Below are positions 49,456-59,533 of a DNA stretch of 64,000 nucleotides, piece by piece. This DNA is from a bacterium. GTDB taxonomy: Bacteria > Electryoneota > JAOADG01. The number at the start of each line of letters is the position of its first letter. The stretch's first letter is position 1. The notes below the pieces were generated by a model. It was given only the letters and a program-made list of their open reading frames with translations, made no database searches and had not been told where the DNA came from. The stretch lies in contig OY820579.1 in assembly GCA_963681965.1 (NCBI GenBank), positions 608,001-672,000 on the forward strand. The letters run 5' to 3'. The translations under genes were made by a program, and so were the position numbers.

Positions 49456-51549
49456 TTACAGATTTACAACTAATCCATCGACTGCAACTTCGAATAATGG
49501 AATGGAACTTGTCATCGCGGCAGTATGCCATTCCAGAATATTTTTTTCTTTCGCTGCCGGAATATGTGTTAGAACGATTCTAGGAATCCGGTGTTTTGCC
49601 GCTAGATCGATTGTTGCCTGTGCCGGAATGTGAGTTGCTTCGATCAACAGTAGATCGGCATCGGAGAGATATTGCTCCACCTCGTCGAGATTCGGAATAT
49701 CCGATGGGTAGACGATGAGGCGATCGGCGATACGAATCCGGAAACCGTTACTGACACAGCCGATCTGCAGCGGATCGCACCACTCGCGATACTTTTCAAG
49801 GTGCGTCGTCGGAAAAGTATCCAATTTCATTGTTTCGTCGGAATATCCTTGCACACCCAGCGGGTGAAACGAAAATGGAAACGACAATCGTTGCTCATGC
49901 AGGTAAAGGTTGCGATAATAATTCCGGAATATCTCGATTTTGTCTTCAGGTAAATAAATTGCTAGCGGTGTCTTGCGCTTCGCGAGATGAAGCATCTGCA
50001 ACAACATCGGCAAGCCGGAAACATGGTCGGGATGGGTGTGCGACAGAAACAGTGCGCGCAGTTTCGAATGATCGATTCCGAGTCGTAAAATCGTTCGCGC
50101 CACATCTTCACCGGCATCTATTAGATAACTAGCGGTGTCAGTTTCTAACCAATATGCCGACGGGGTACGATCGACTGACGGCATCCCGGAACCACTGCCG
50201 AGAACGGTGAGTCGTACACCTTGAATGTTTCTCGGTTCACCATGAGTACCGAGCATGCGATGACCGATATCGTGACGATAATGTTTCCCGGCAAATTGAA
50301 TCGCTTGCGCCAATTCGAATGCTGCGCGTTGCGCTTCCAGCGTCGTTTTACCGGCACCGATCGCATTCAACACTCGTCCACCGGCAGTAACTAATTTACC
50401 GTCTTCACCGAGCTTCGTGCCGGCATGAAAGAGGATTTGCGAAGCTTTGCATTTCGGGAGCTGAATCGGGGTTCCCGAAACTGGTGAGCCGGGATAACCG
50501 CGTGCGGCGAGTACTACACAAAATTGAATCAGATTTGGTTTAGCGAGCATTTTCCAGTCGCCGGACTGCCAACCGTAGCGACCTTGCAATTCCGATAGTG
50601 TTCCGTTTGCGGTCGCGAGTAGCAGTTCCAACGTATCGCAATTCAGGAGTGGCAGTAACGATTGTGTTTCGGGATCGCCGAAGCGGACATTGTACTCCAA
50701 CACATACGGTTCATCGCCTACGAACATTAGTCCAATGAACAATACTCCGCGAAAAGGTATACCACGTTTTTTCATGGCATTCAACGTCGGCTCGACGATG
50801 CGTTTGATCGTTTGCTGCAACCGGGAATCAGTGATTGCCGGCGATGGTGTACAGCTTCCCATCCCGCCGGTATTCGGTCCGCGATCGTCCTCCAGCATCC
50901 GTTTATGATCCTGCGACGGTGGCAGTATTTGATAACTCTCCCCATCGGAGAGGACGAATAGCGATGCTTCTTCACCATCGAGATACTCTTCGATGACAAC
51001 GGTTTTACCGGAATCGCCGAGTTTCCCGTCGCGCAACCACGCGACTAGTGTCGCATCCGCTTCGGATTCGTCGCGGGCAATCACGACTCCTTTACCGGCA
51101 GCCAATCCCGAGGCTTTGATCACGACCGGGTAGTGCATCCAGTCTTCCAGATAATTTTTCGCCGAATTGTAATCGGTGAAGGTCACAAATTTCGCTGTGG
51201 GAATGTGGGCTTCGTGCATCAGCGCTTTGGAAAATGCTTTCGATCCTTCCAGTTGCGCGGCAGCGGCGGATGGTCCGAAACAGGCGATACCGCGGGCTTC
51301 CAGCCGGTCGACCAAACCGAGAATTAGTGGTACTTCGGGACCGATTGCTACCAATTCGATCCGATTTGCCAGGACGAATTGTTCGATTGCGTCAAGATTG
51401 TCCGCCTTGATGGCGACGCATTCCGCGACTTCGGCGATACCGGGATTGCCCGGTGTGCAATAGATTTTTGGATGTTGCGATGATTGTGCCAGCGACCATG
51501 CCAGCGCATGCTCGCGACCACCGGAACCGATTAAAAGGATGTTCTTCAT
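49456..51549 (-). CDS. purD: Phosphoribosylamine--glycine ligase fused to an RNase Z-like metallo-beta-lactamase domain
   Basis: GSGGREHAL, GPNTGGMG and EYNVRFGDPE, then LTVLGSGS, DAGE, SHTHPDH, IEAT and LTH. Confidence 0.9.
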   Translation of the reverse strand: MKNILLIGSGGREHALAWSLAQSSQHPKIYCTPGNPGIAEVAECVAIKADNLDAIEQFVLANRIELVAIGPEVPLILGLVDRLEARGIACFGPSAAAAQLEGSKAFSKALMHEAHIPTAKFVTFTDYNSAKNYLEDWMHYPVVIKASGLAAGKGVVIARDESEADATLVAWLRDGKLGDSGKTVVIEEYLDGEEASLFVLSDGESYQILPPSQDHKRMLEDDRGPNTGGMGSCTPSPAITDSRLQQTIKRIVEPTLNAMKKRGIPFRGVLFIGLMFVGDEPYVLEYNVRFGDPETQSLLPLLNCDTLELLLATANGTLSELQGRYGWQSGDWKMLAKPNLIQFCVVLAARGYPGSPVSGTPIQLPKCKASQILFHAGTKLGEDGKLVTAGGRVLNAIGAGKTTLEAQRAAFELAQAIQFAGKHYRHDIGHRMLGTHGEPRNIQGVRLTVLGSGSGMPSVDRTPSAYWLETDTASYLIDAGEDVARTILRLGIDHSKLRALFLSHTHPDHVSGLPMLLQMLHLAKRKTPLAIYLPEDKIEIFRNYYRNLYLHEQRLSFPFSFHPLGVQGYSDETMKLDTFPTTHLEKYREWCDPLQIGCVSNGFRIRIADRLIVYPSDIPNLDEVEQYLSDADLLLIEATHIPAQATIDLAAKHRIPRIVLTHIPAAKEKNILEWHTAAMTSSIPLFEVAVDGLVVNL

Positions 51550-51571
51550 GGATTAGTAACTCAATTTAATA

Positions 51572-51991
51572 TTATTTCTTCACCGCATTCACCGCCAACC
51601 AGGGGCTGACAAACAGCGACAGCAGTACCACCAACCACATTCGCCCTTGATCGATACGATAGTCCGCAAGCAATTCATCCCAGCTATGACCGATAGCGAA
51701 CCGGAAGAAAACCGTTTCAAATATGATTGTCAGCGTACACCACATTAACCCTAACATCCAACCAGTCGATTCTTCAACCTGCTCGCTGTGCGATTTCACG
51801 AACCGTACGATTATCCAGTAGTAGATTACAATCAAGATGCCACCTTCGACGACCTCAGCGGTAAGTGGACTCATGATGCGAATCATCATCCCTTGTCGAA
51901 GTGTACCTCCGACAATCGCTAGGATAAACATGACGATCCATACTTTGAACGCACCGGAAAAGATAGACCCCTGTTCCTCATTTGCTCCCAT
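51572..51991 (-). CDS. Four-TM membrane protein of unknown function
   Basis: Hydrophobic segments and a FE..F....GHSW.ELLADY...GR.W motif. Confidence 0.7.
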   Translation of the reverse strand: MGANEEQGSIFSGAFKVWIVMFILAIVGGTLRQGMMIRIMSPLTAEVVEGGILIVIYYWIIVRFVKSHSEQVEESTGWMLGLMWCTLTIIFETVFFRFAIGHSWDELLADYRIDQGRMWLVVLLSLFVSPWLAVNAVKK

Positions 51992-52021
51992 GGTTGACTG
52001 CCTCCATTGTTGATGTTGATG

Positions 52022-54115
52022 TTAAGATGACCGCTTCTTCCGATTTACCGCACCTAATTTTACCCGATTCGTGGTACCCTGCTTGCCACGTTTCGTCAAT
52101 CCTTTTTGGTCGGGTTGAATACCCAGCACATCGATCGCCTCTCCGCGCAACAGCGCAATCCGGTCGCGTAGCGCGGCAGCGCGTTCAAATGAAAGTGTGC
52201 GTGCGGCTTCTTCCATTTCCGCTTCCAAGCGTTCGATCAACTCTTCCCGTTCCCATTCGGAGAGTTCAGTGCGAATCGATGTGGTCTTCTCCGGTTTGTC
52301 GATCCGGTCGGTGGCATCTTTCACGCCGATCATTATATCGGAGATCGATTTGCGGATCGTGGTTGGAATGATTCCGCGCTCGGTGTTGTACTGCACTTGT
52401 TTTTCGCGACGCCGATTGGTCTCGTCGATCACTTTCCGCATCGATTCGGTGACGGTATCGGCATAAAAAATCACTTTTCCGGCGCTGTTACGTGCCGCGC
52501 GTCCTGCCGTCTGCATTAGCGATCGCGCACTGCGGAGAAATCCTTCCTTATCCGCATCGAGAATTGCAACCAGCGCAACTTCCGGCAAATCGAGCCCTTC
52601 GCGCAAGAGGTTGACGCCGACCAGCACATCGAATTGACCGATCCGCAGATCGCGGATAATATCGATCCGTTTCAGCGATTCGATTTCACTGTGCAAATAC
52701 TCGACTCGGATACCGTTGTTCCGCAAAAAAGTCGTGAGATCTTCCGACATCCGCTTGGTCAGAGTAGTTACTAACACCCGCTCGCCACGCAACACGACCT
52801 GCTGAATTTCCGCCATCAAATCATCGATCTGATGTTCAGTCGGTTTCATTTCGATAATGGGATCGAGTAGTCCAGTCGGTCGCACCACCTGTTCGACCAC
52901 GACCCCTTCCGATTGGGTCAATTCGTAATCGCTTGGAGTCGCCGACACAAATATTCCCTGTTTGACAATCGCATTCCATTCATCGAATTGCAACGGTCGG
53001 TTGTCGAGTGCACTCGGCAGCCGGAAACCGTATTCGACCAACGTCTCCTTGCGGTGACGGTCGCCGTTGTACATCGCGCGGAGCTGCGGGATCGTGACAT
53101 GCGATTCGTCGATGAACACCAGCATGTCGTCCGGGAAGTAATCGAGCAGACAAGCGGGGCGCATTCCCTCATCGCGTAGCGACAGGTGTCGCGAATAATT
53201 TTCGATCCCACTGCAGAATCCGACTTCGCGCAGCATTTCGAGATCGAATTTACAGCGTTGTTCGATACGTTGCGCTTCGATTAATTTTCCGGCACTCTTA
53301 AATTCTGCAATCCGGTCATCCAGCTCTTTGTTGATGCGACCCAGCGCCTCTTTCATGGTCGCAGGAGACGTCACGAAGTGCTTTGCCGGGAACACCACCA
53401 ATACCGGCAATTCGGACAACACTTCGCCAGTGAGTGGATCGATGCGCCGGATTTTTTCGACGACGTCGTCATTCAATTGAATCCGGTAGATCTCCTGTTC
53501 GTATGCTGGATGAATCTCGATCACATCGCCGCGCACCCGAAATTCACCGCGTGCCAACTCGAGATTGTTGCGCGAATAATAAATATTCACCAGATGCTGC
53601 ACGATTTGATCGCGGGTAATCGTCGCACCGAGATCGACTTGGAGATATTGCGTGGCAAACTCTTCCGGACTACCGAGACCGTAAATACACGACACCGACG
53701 CGACAATCAGTACATCCCTTCGAGAAAGCAGCGAAGCGGTGGCTTTCAGTCGCAACCTGTCGATTTCGTCGTTGACGTCGGTCTCTTTCTCGATGTAGAT
53801 GTCTTTCGAAGGAACGTATGCTTCCGGCTGATAATAGTCGTAATAGGAGATGAAATATTCGACGGCATTGTCCGGAAAGAACTGACGGAACTCGCCGTAA
53901 AGCTGAGCGGCAAGTGTTTTATTATGACTGAGAATCAACGTCGGTCGCTGGAGTTGGGCAATGATATTCGCCATCGTGAAGGTTTTGCCGGAACCGGTGA
54001 CACCAAGCAACGTCTGCCACGGCAACCCTTGCTGGATACCGGTGACGAGCGCAGCGATCGCTTCCGGTTGGTCGCCTTGCGGAACCAAGTCGGTTTTGAG
54101 TTCGAACTGAGGCAT
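52022..54115 (-). CDS. uvrB: Excinuclease ABC subunit B
   Basis: LLGVTGSGKT, YYDYYQPEAY, NLLREGLDLPEV and a C-terminal UVR domain. Confidence 0.98.
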   Translation of the reverse strand: MPQFELKTDLVPQGDQPEAIAALVTGIQQGLPWQTLLGVTGSGKTFTMANIIAQLQRPTLILSHNKTLAAQLYGEFRQFFPDNAVEYFISYYDYYQPEAYVPSKDIYIEKETDVNDEIDRLRLKATASLLSRRDVLIVASVSCIYGLGSPEEFATQYLQVDLGATITRDQIVQHLVNIYYSRNNLELARGEFRVRGDVIEIHPAYEQEIYRIQLNDDVVEKIRRIDPLTGEVLSELPVLVVFPAKHFVTSPATMKEALGRINKELDDRIAEFKSAGKLIEAQRIEQRCKFDLEMLREVGFCSGIENYSRHLSLRDEGMRPACLLDYFPDDMLVFIDESHVTIPQLRAMYNGDRHRKETLVEYGFRLPSALDNRPLQFDEWNAIVKQGIFVSATPSDYELTQSEGVVVEQVVRPTGLLDPIIEMKPTEHQIDDLMAEIQQVVLRGERVLVTTLTKRMSEDLTTFLRNNGIRVEYLHSEIESLKRIDIIRDLRIGQFDVLVGVNLLREGLDLPEVALVAILDADKEGFLRSARSLMQTAGRAARNSAGKVIFYADTVTESMRKVIDETNRRREKQVQYNTERGIIPTTIRKSISDIMIGVKDATDRIDKPEKTTSIRTELSEWEREELIERLEAEMEEAARTLSFERAAALRDRIALLRGEAIDVLGIQPDQKGLTKRGKQGTTNRVKLGAVNRKKRSS

Positions 54116-54140
54116 TGATACTATCCTAGTGATCTACTTC

Positions 54141-54169
54141 AAGGTAGGAGTCTGACACGAACCTGTCAA
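54141..54169 (-). promoter_or_regulatory. uvrB sigma70 promoter with overlapping palindrome
   Basis: TTGACA-17 bp-TACCTT on the minus strand; TGACA-N6-TGTCA at 54153-54168. Confidence 0.55.
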
Positions 54170-54224
54170 GTTGTCGTTAGAAAAAATGAGAGCAGGGACG
54201 CTTTATCGGTTAGTAAGGGGGCGT

Positions 54225-55742
54225 CTATTCGTTCCACTCGTCGTTGCGGTGGCGAGGCACAAACTGCCACGAACAGAGCCGCCAGGAAATTCGCCCTGAC
54301 GCGGTTGCGTCCATCACAAATGGGGGGGGAACATACTTGAAGCGCTCGTCGTAGAGGTAGCCTTTGTTATAGCCCGTTCCAAAATTGTAATAGTGGTGAA
54401 CAATTCCGCGACGGCGTTGTGCCAGCGCGCCACGAATATAAATATTCCCGCGCTCGTCCGGGGCGTAATTGGTCGGAACGGTTCCGGGGATGTTTTGATC
54501 TTCAAAGGTGAAACTCGCATTGAGGGCGATAATCTGTGCGCAAACTGCAATATCGCGCTGACCTTGTTGCGATGGCGACCATTGTGCCCCATTTCCGCGA
54601 CCATTTGCCGGGACATCTGCCACGAGGATACCGGTCTCGGGTTGAGTCGAGTCGCCCGTTGGCTCGGCGGCTTCGCTTAAGATGGTCATCATCGAAAAGA
54701 ATCGGGTCGTATCTGGCATATAGGGAGGAGACTGACAGTCCTCATACACCATATTGTCCATTAATCGGATCGAATTTTTCGCTCCGATTGCGACCCGCCC
54801 GGCGACATAACCACTAATCCAGAGCGTACCATCGCAGAAGATCGGATAATCCACTGCAGGATTCCATGACAAATTGAAATCGGATGCGCCTCTCCGATAA
54901 GTCGATGGAGTACCGGTTTGCCACGACCAGCCATCGGCGGAAGTACCATGAAAATACAATCCGAACGTCCGATCGGAGTGATTATTTCCCATTAGCCACG
55001 CGCCACTACCGGCTGCCGCCGAACGTAAATATTCCGCCCGATACGGAAAGTCGATTCTCGAGGTATTTAACCGAAAACCCTTCCGGAAAATGGCATTTCC
55101 CGGATTACCCATAAACGATTGTGCGGTTGAAGAGACCACGTCGTAGAAATTGCCGCCAATCATCGCGATTTGCGAGTTGGAATGCACCCGACCGCGCAAA
55201 GTGTCGCGCTCCCAAAAATAGATAAAGTCGCCAAACCGGGTCTGTTCGATATCGGTTAGATAAAAATAATTGCTGAAAAATTGACGCTGAATAATCAGAC
55301 GCGCTTTGCGTCTCACTTCGTGTTTGTGTCCCAGAAAATCGTTGTACTCCACCGCACCGGTGGCGGTGAGCACGAATTCAGTAGCGAAATTGGAAAGCGT
55401 CGTCGAATGAAGAGTGGAAAACCGCTGCGTTGCTTTCACCATAGGACGATAATAGCGCCCCATCCCTTCGATGATGCCATCGTTGAAAGTGGTGATCGAA
55501 TAGGCGGATAAATCGGTCGGGCGGGCATTGCGCATGTATCCCAGCGGAACTTGAATCACCGCGGCTTGTGCTACGTAATATGCTTGGGTTATGGCGATTT
55601 GTCGGCGCGCATTTAACTGCGCTGCCACTTGCCACTTCAGATATGCCAGCGATGTCAGCAACAATAGTGTCGACATTGCCACAGCAAACAGAAGCGAGTG
55701 ACCTCGGGAACGATGTGGGATATAGGGATGCCGTGTCATCAC
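54225..55742 (-). CDS. PilX-like minor pilin with a large C-terminal domain (DUF4900-like)
   Basis: Class III-like leader RSRG|HSLLFAVAMSTLLLL, QAYYVAQAA helix, LTATGAV strand, GRVHSN and terminal GY...Y.YDERF...PPPF. Confidence 0.72.
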   Translation of the reverse strand: MMTRHPYIPHRSRGHSLLFAVAMSTLLLLTSLAYLKWQVAAQLNARRQIAITQAYYVAQAAVIQVPLGYMRNARPTDLSAYSITTFNDGIIEGMGRYYRPMVKATQRFSTLHSTTLSNFATEFVLTATGAVEYNDFLGHKHEVRRKARLIIQRQFFSNYFYLTDIEQTRFGDFIYFWERDTLRGRVHSNSQIAMIGGNFYDVVSSTAQSFMGNPGNAIFRKGFRLNTSRIDFPYRAEYLRSAAAGSGAWLMGNNHSDRTFGLYFHGTSADGWSWQTGTPSTYRRGASDFNLSWNPAVDYPIFCDGTLWISGYVAGRVAIGAKNSIRLMDNMVYEDCQSPPYMPDTTRFFSMMTILSEAAEPTGDSTQPETGILVADVPANGRGNGAQWSPSQQGQRDIAVCAQIIALNASFTFEDQNIPGTVPTNYAPDERGNIYIRGALAQRRRGIVHHYYNFGTGYNKGYLYDERFKYVPPPFVMDATASGRISWRLCSWQFVPRHRNDEWNE

Positions 55743-55875
55743 GTTCTCCGATATTTTCTCAATGTCTTGGAAATCCGGTGGAGAACACTATCAAATGAAA
55801 CAATATTTATACTTAAAATTCAATTATGCAAGCGGAAAATCGAAACTTCCAATTTTTCTTGAGACCTCCTCGCAA

Positions 55876-57012
55876 CTACCATTCAACAATCGGGATCGAA
55901 AACGGCGCTCGCTGATTGGTAAATCGAGTGTCGTAAGTCATGACTTTCCCATAGCCCGTGCCCTGATGGACAGTCGAATGCAAACAACCCCGCTTTTTCT
56001 GCATAATACTACCAGTTACATAAATCGTTCCCCGCTCATCGGGTCGCGACTGGCTGCGGTAAGCATCAACCGAATCGTTCTGATCTTCGAACGTAAAACT
56101 ACCGTTTAATGCAATGATCTGTCCGTGAATGGCGATATCCCGGTGATCTTGACTGGAAGCGGAATTTCCTCCTCCATTTTCCCGACCATTCACAGTATTG
56201 TTCGCGATCAGTACACCGCATGGTGGTACATACGTAACGCCATCGTAGGAGTATTCGTAGGCTTCGCTGATAAGAGTGATCGAACTACTGGTGTTAATTG
56301 GCACTTGATAAGGATATTCAGAGCATTGTCCATCTTGATAAGTAAGATTATCCATCAGACGGATATTGCCCACAGCACCGATTCCAACTTTACCAAATAT
56401 TTGTCCGTCAATCCACAACTCGCCTTCGCAAAAAATCCCGAACGGGGTACTTGGATTCCAGGTAATTGCACCGGCTGCTTGCGACATATCATGCATCGGA
56501 GAAGGGGTTCCGGTCCGCCATCGCCACATCGTTGCGGTAGTACCATTGAACCATAAGCCATAGGAATACCGCCGCGAAGACAACCACCGTCCACCACTAC
56601 TGGCAGCCCGCCGCAGCTCGGTCGCTTGCGTCGGAAACACGACTTGAGGCGCATTGATTCGAACGCCCGCCGGAAGCGTCATCCGAACGGGTTGTAACGA
56701 TCCGCCGATGATCATCGAGTCGCAAATTCGATTTAAGGTCGGCGGCATACTGTATAAATCGTGGTTCGTCCGAATCCAGCCGACAATGCCGGTACGCGTC
56801 CACATCGAAGTATAATCGCGCTGATGCATGAGTTCGTCGTCACTGATATAGAGATAGCTGCTGGAATAATCGGGACGCGCCAGTACAAACGTCGGAAACA
56901 GCAGTACAATCAATGTCAAGGTATAGAATGATAACATTACCCACTGTTGTCGCAAGCAATGAGTGTTCACTAAAATCGCGGAATATGTTCGAGAGAACAT
57001 GTCTGCCTCCAT
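55876..57012 (-). CDS. Secreted paralog of the PilX C-terminal domain (copy 5)
   Basis: Signal peptide, then ARPDYSSSY; FCEGELWI.G, FTFEDQN, DERG and GYGK..YDTRF. Confidence 0.78.
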   Translation of the reverse strand: MEADMFSRTYSAILVNTHCLRQQWVMLSFYTLTLIVLLFPTFVLARPDYSSSYLYISDDELMHQRDYTSMWTRTGIVGWIRTNHDLYSMPPTLNRICDSMIIGGSLQPVRMTLPAGVRINAPQVVFPTQATELRRAASSGGRWLSSRRYSYGLWFNGTTATMWRWRTGTPSPMHDMSQAAGAITWNPSTPFGIFCEGELWIDGQIFGKVGIGAVGNIRLMDNLTYQDGQCSEYPYQVPINTSSSITLISEAYEYSYDGVTYVPPCGVLIANNTVNGRENGGGNSASSQDHRDIAIHGQIIALNGSFTFEDQNDSVDAYRSQSRPDERGTIYVTGSIMQKKRGCLHSTVHQGTGYGKVMTYDTRFTNQRAPFSIPIVEW

Positions 57013-57025
57013 TTTCCCAAATGGG

Positions 57026-58159
57026 TCAGTTGGTTATTGGAATTGCAAATGGCGCCGGACGATTGCGCCACCGTTGATCGTACCGCATTACTTTGATATA
57101 ACCGGTTCCACCGTGAGTCGAGCGATGAAGATACCCCTTGCGATACTGCATGATGCTGCCGTGAAAATAAATATTGCCACGCTCATCCGATCTTTGCAGG
57201 GATTGATAAGCGTCAGCGGTGTCGTTCTGATCTTCGAATGTTACGCTCGACCTTAGTGCTATGAGTTGTGCCGTGATTACAACATCGCGACGGTTTGTGC
57301 TGTCGAGTGGATAGGTACTACCGTTATCGCGACCATTTTCCCAAGTATTCGCAATCAAGATACCCGTATTCGGGGTGTTCCTATAATAGTAGTAAGGTTC
57401 GTTAACTTCGCTGATGAGTGTAATCGAGTTCGATGAAAACGGCGGTATCAACCAATTGGTAGCTGCAGTGGCATCGATACACCGCAAATCATCCATGATC
57501 CGGATCGATCCTGATGCGGCAATTCCCAATCTACCGCAAACAACCCCTTTGATCCATAATCTGCCATCACAGTAGATCGGATAGGTATCGATCCATCGCC
57601 ACGAAAAACTACCCATCGCTTCGGATTCGATTCCCATCGTCGACGGGGTTCCCGTGCGCCACCGCCAGTAGGTGGCGGTACAGCTATCGATAATCAATCC
57701 GTAAGTATATCTGTCCGATTCCGTGTTAAGATATCGTCCATAATATCGGACGAGGCGTCGAATCGAATCGGCGCGCGGTGAAAAACTGTAGTAGAGGGCG
57801 TGCTCGGCATAACCCGGATGGGGTAATCCTGCAAAGGTGGATCCTGTGCGAGAAGTAATTACACCACTAGTCGTCACGAATCCATTGAATATTGCGCCGG
57901 AGTGTACACCAATATCATGGTTGGAGCGAACCGGTCCATTTACTGTATCGCGACCCCTATACCAGACATATTCAAAATATCGGGTTTGTTCATTCTGCGT
58001 CAGGTACAGGTAACTACTAGAATAGTTTGGATCGGCAAGGAGTGGGAGCGCGAAAACACAAGTGAATAGTGTTGTAAAGAGTATGATCGCTCGATACCGG
58101 AGTAATTTTTGTCTGATCACAACCAAAGTCTCTTCTATTGTTATCATCATCACACACAC
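57026..58159 (-). CDS. Secreted paralog of the PilX C-terminal domain (copy 4)
   Basis: Signal peptide, then ADPNYSSSY; same motif set. Start codon uncertain. Confidence 0.78.
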   Translation of the reverse strand: MCVMMITIEETLVVIRQKLLRYRAIILFTTLFTCVFALPLLADPNYSSSYLYLTQNEQTRYFEYVWYRGRDTVNGPVRSNHDIGVHSGAIFNGFVTTSGVITSRTGSTFAGLPHPGYAEHALYYSFSPRADSIRRLVRYYGRYLNTESDRYTYGLIIDSCTATYWRWRTGTPSTMGIESEAMGSFSWRWIDTYPIYCDGRLWIKGVVCGRLGIAASGSIRIMDDLRCIDATAATNWLIPPFSSNSITLISEVNEPYYYYRNTPNTGILIANTWENGRDNGSTYPLDSTNRRDVVITAQLIALRSSVTFEDQNDTADAYQSLQRSDERGNIYFHGSIMQYRKGYLHRSTHGGTGYIKVMRYDQRWRNRPAPFAIPITN

Positions 58160-58369
58160 TCACTGTTTTCATCATTTTTTTTCATTCGTTGAGCGTTGAT
58201 TTTATCGTCTAGTCAATGAAAGATCGAAATTGCATACGGTGCGGATTGATTCTGCCAACCGCTCGCGATCACGAATTCGCTGCGATAGTACTTCGTTCAA
58301 TCCTGCGACGATTTCTTGATCCATTTTCGATACAGCTTATTGGTATCCGACATCCGTTTCACCTAAACG

Positions 58370-59482
58370 TCAGCGTTCGACGATCGGAATCGAAAATGGT
58401 GCGCGGACATCGCGAAATCGCACATCCCAGATCCAATCCTTGTCATAACCCGTACCCGCATGTGTCGCGCGATGAAGGTAGTTTCGTTGTTTTTGCATGA
58501 TACTCCCGTGGAAATGTAACGCTCCCCGCTCGTCGCTTGTTATTATCGTACACTGGTATGCATCGTTCGTATCGTTCTGATCCTCAATTGTAAAACTCCC
58601 GTTCAGCGCAATTAGTTGTGCAGTAATAACTACATCATTCCGTTCCGGGTGATTCACGCCAATAAATCTTCCATTTTCGCGACCATTTTCCCAAGTATTC
58701 GCAATCAATATCCCCTGCCATGGAATCGGTCGATCGGTTGTGTAGGGAATTTCCCCTGCTTCGCTGATCAGCGTGATCGAATTCGGAGAGTTGACCGGTA
58801 TTCGCCAACCGGTCTCCGAGGTCGCGTCTTCACACCGAAGATCGCCCATTATCCGGATACTTCCCGCGGCGCCAATTCCCAACTTCCCGCGAGTTATCGC
58901 TTTCACCCACAACTCACCATCGCAGAAAATCGGAAAAGCCCGCGTCGTATCCCAATGCAGGGTGGTAATCGCTTGCGATGGGTCGCCATAGTGTGAGGGA
59001 GTACCGGTAGCCCATCGCCATGCTATTGCAGATTGACCTTCGAGCAACAGTCCATAAGTATAATGGTGTTGATAAGAGTTCAACCAGTAACCATTTCTGG
59101 CGGCAGCGTCACGCAGCTCGGTTGCCTGTTGTGGAAAGATGACTTGCCGGGCGTGCTCGACAAGCCCGACCGGATGAATTCCTCCCGAAATCACAACACC
59201 ACCGACAAAGAGTGAATCGGTAAAGTATTCCCACGCATTTATTATACTTAAATCATGATTGGTTCGAATTCGCCGTGGGAGTGTGTCCCTCATCCAAAAA
59301 GTCTGATAATCGCCATAGCGACACTGTTCTTCGTCGGTGATATAAAAATAACTACTCGAGTATGGTGGTCGCGCACACACTGAGTTCGATAAAAGCGAAC
59401 CAACCAAGCAACTCAGTACCATCCAGCAAATCGCAATGGATCTCATTTGATCTTTTTTCATCATCGCATTTGTCCTCGTCAA
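58370..59482 (-). CDS. Secreted paralog of the PilX C-terminal domain (copy 3)
   Basis: Signal peptide, then ARPPYSSSY; same motif set. Confidence 0.78.
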   Translation of the reverse strand: MTRTNAMMKKDQMRSIAICWMVLSCLVGSLLSNSVCARPPYSSSYFYITDEEQCRYGDYQTFWMRDTLPRRIRTNHDLSIINAWEYFTDSLFVGGVVISGGIHPVGLVEHARQVIFPQQATELRDAAARNGYWLNSYQHHYTYGLLLEGQSAIAWRWATGTPSHYGDPSQAITTLHWDTTRAFPIFCDGELWVKAITRGKLGIGAAGSIRIMGDLRCEDATSETGWRIPVNSPNSITLISEAGEIPYTTDRPIPWQGILIANTWENGRENGRFIGVNHPERNDVVITAQLIALNGSFTIEDQNDTNDAYQCTIITSDERGALHFHGSIMQKQRNYLHRATHAGTGYDKDWIWDVRFRDVRAPFSIPIVER

Positions 59483-59533
59483 TCGTCACCACAAAATCAT
59501 CAAATACATTCAGCAATTCGAACCGGGTAAGTA

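Noticed and set aside
58150-58185. A8 tract and short GT repeat upstream of copy 4 as a phase-variation switch
   Set aside because: The tracts are short, and in-frame ATGs lie downstream of them.
58202-58324. 40-codon minus-strand ORF (MDQEIVAGLNEVLSQRIRDRERL...) between copies 3 and 4
   Set aside because: It has no clear RBS or motif; it may be a remnant but cannot be supported.
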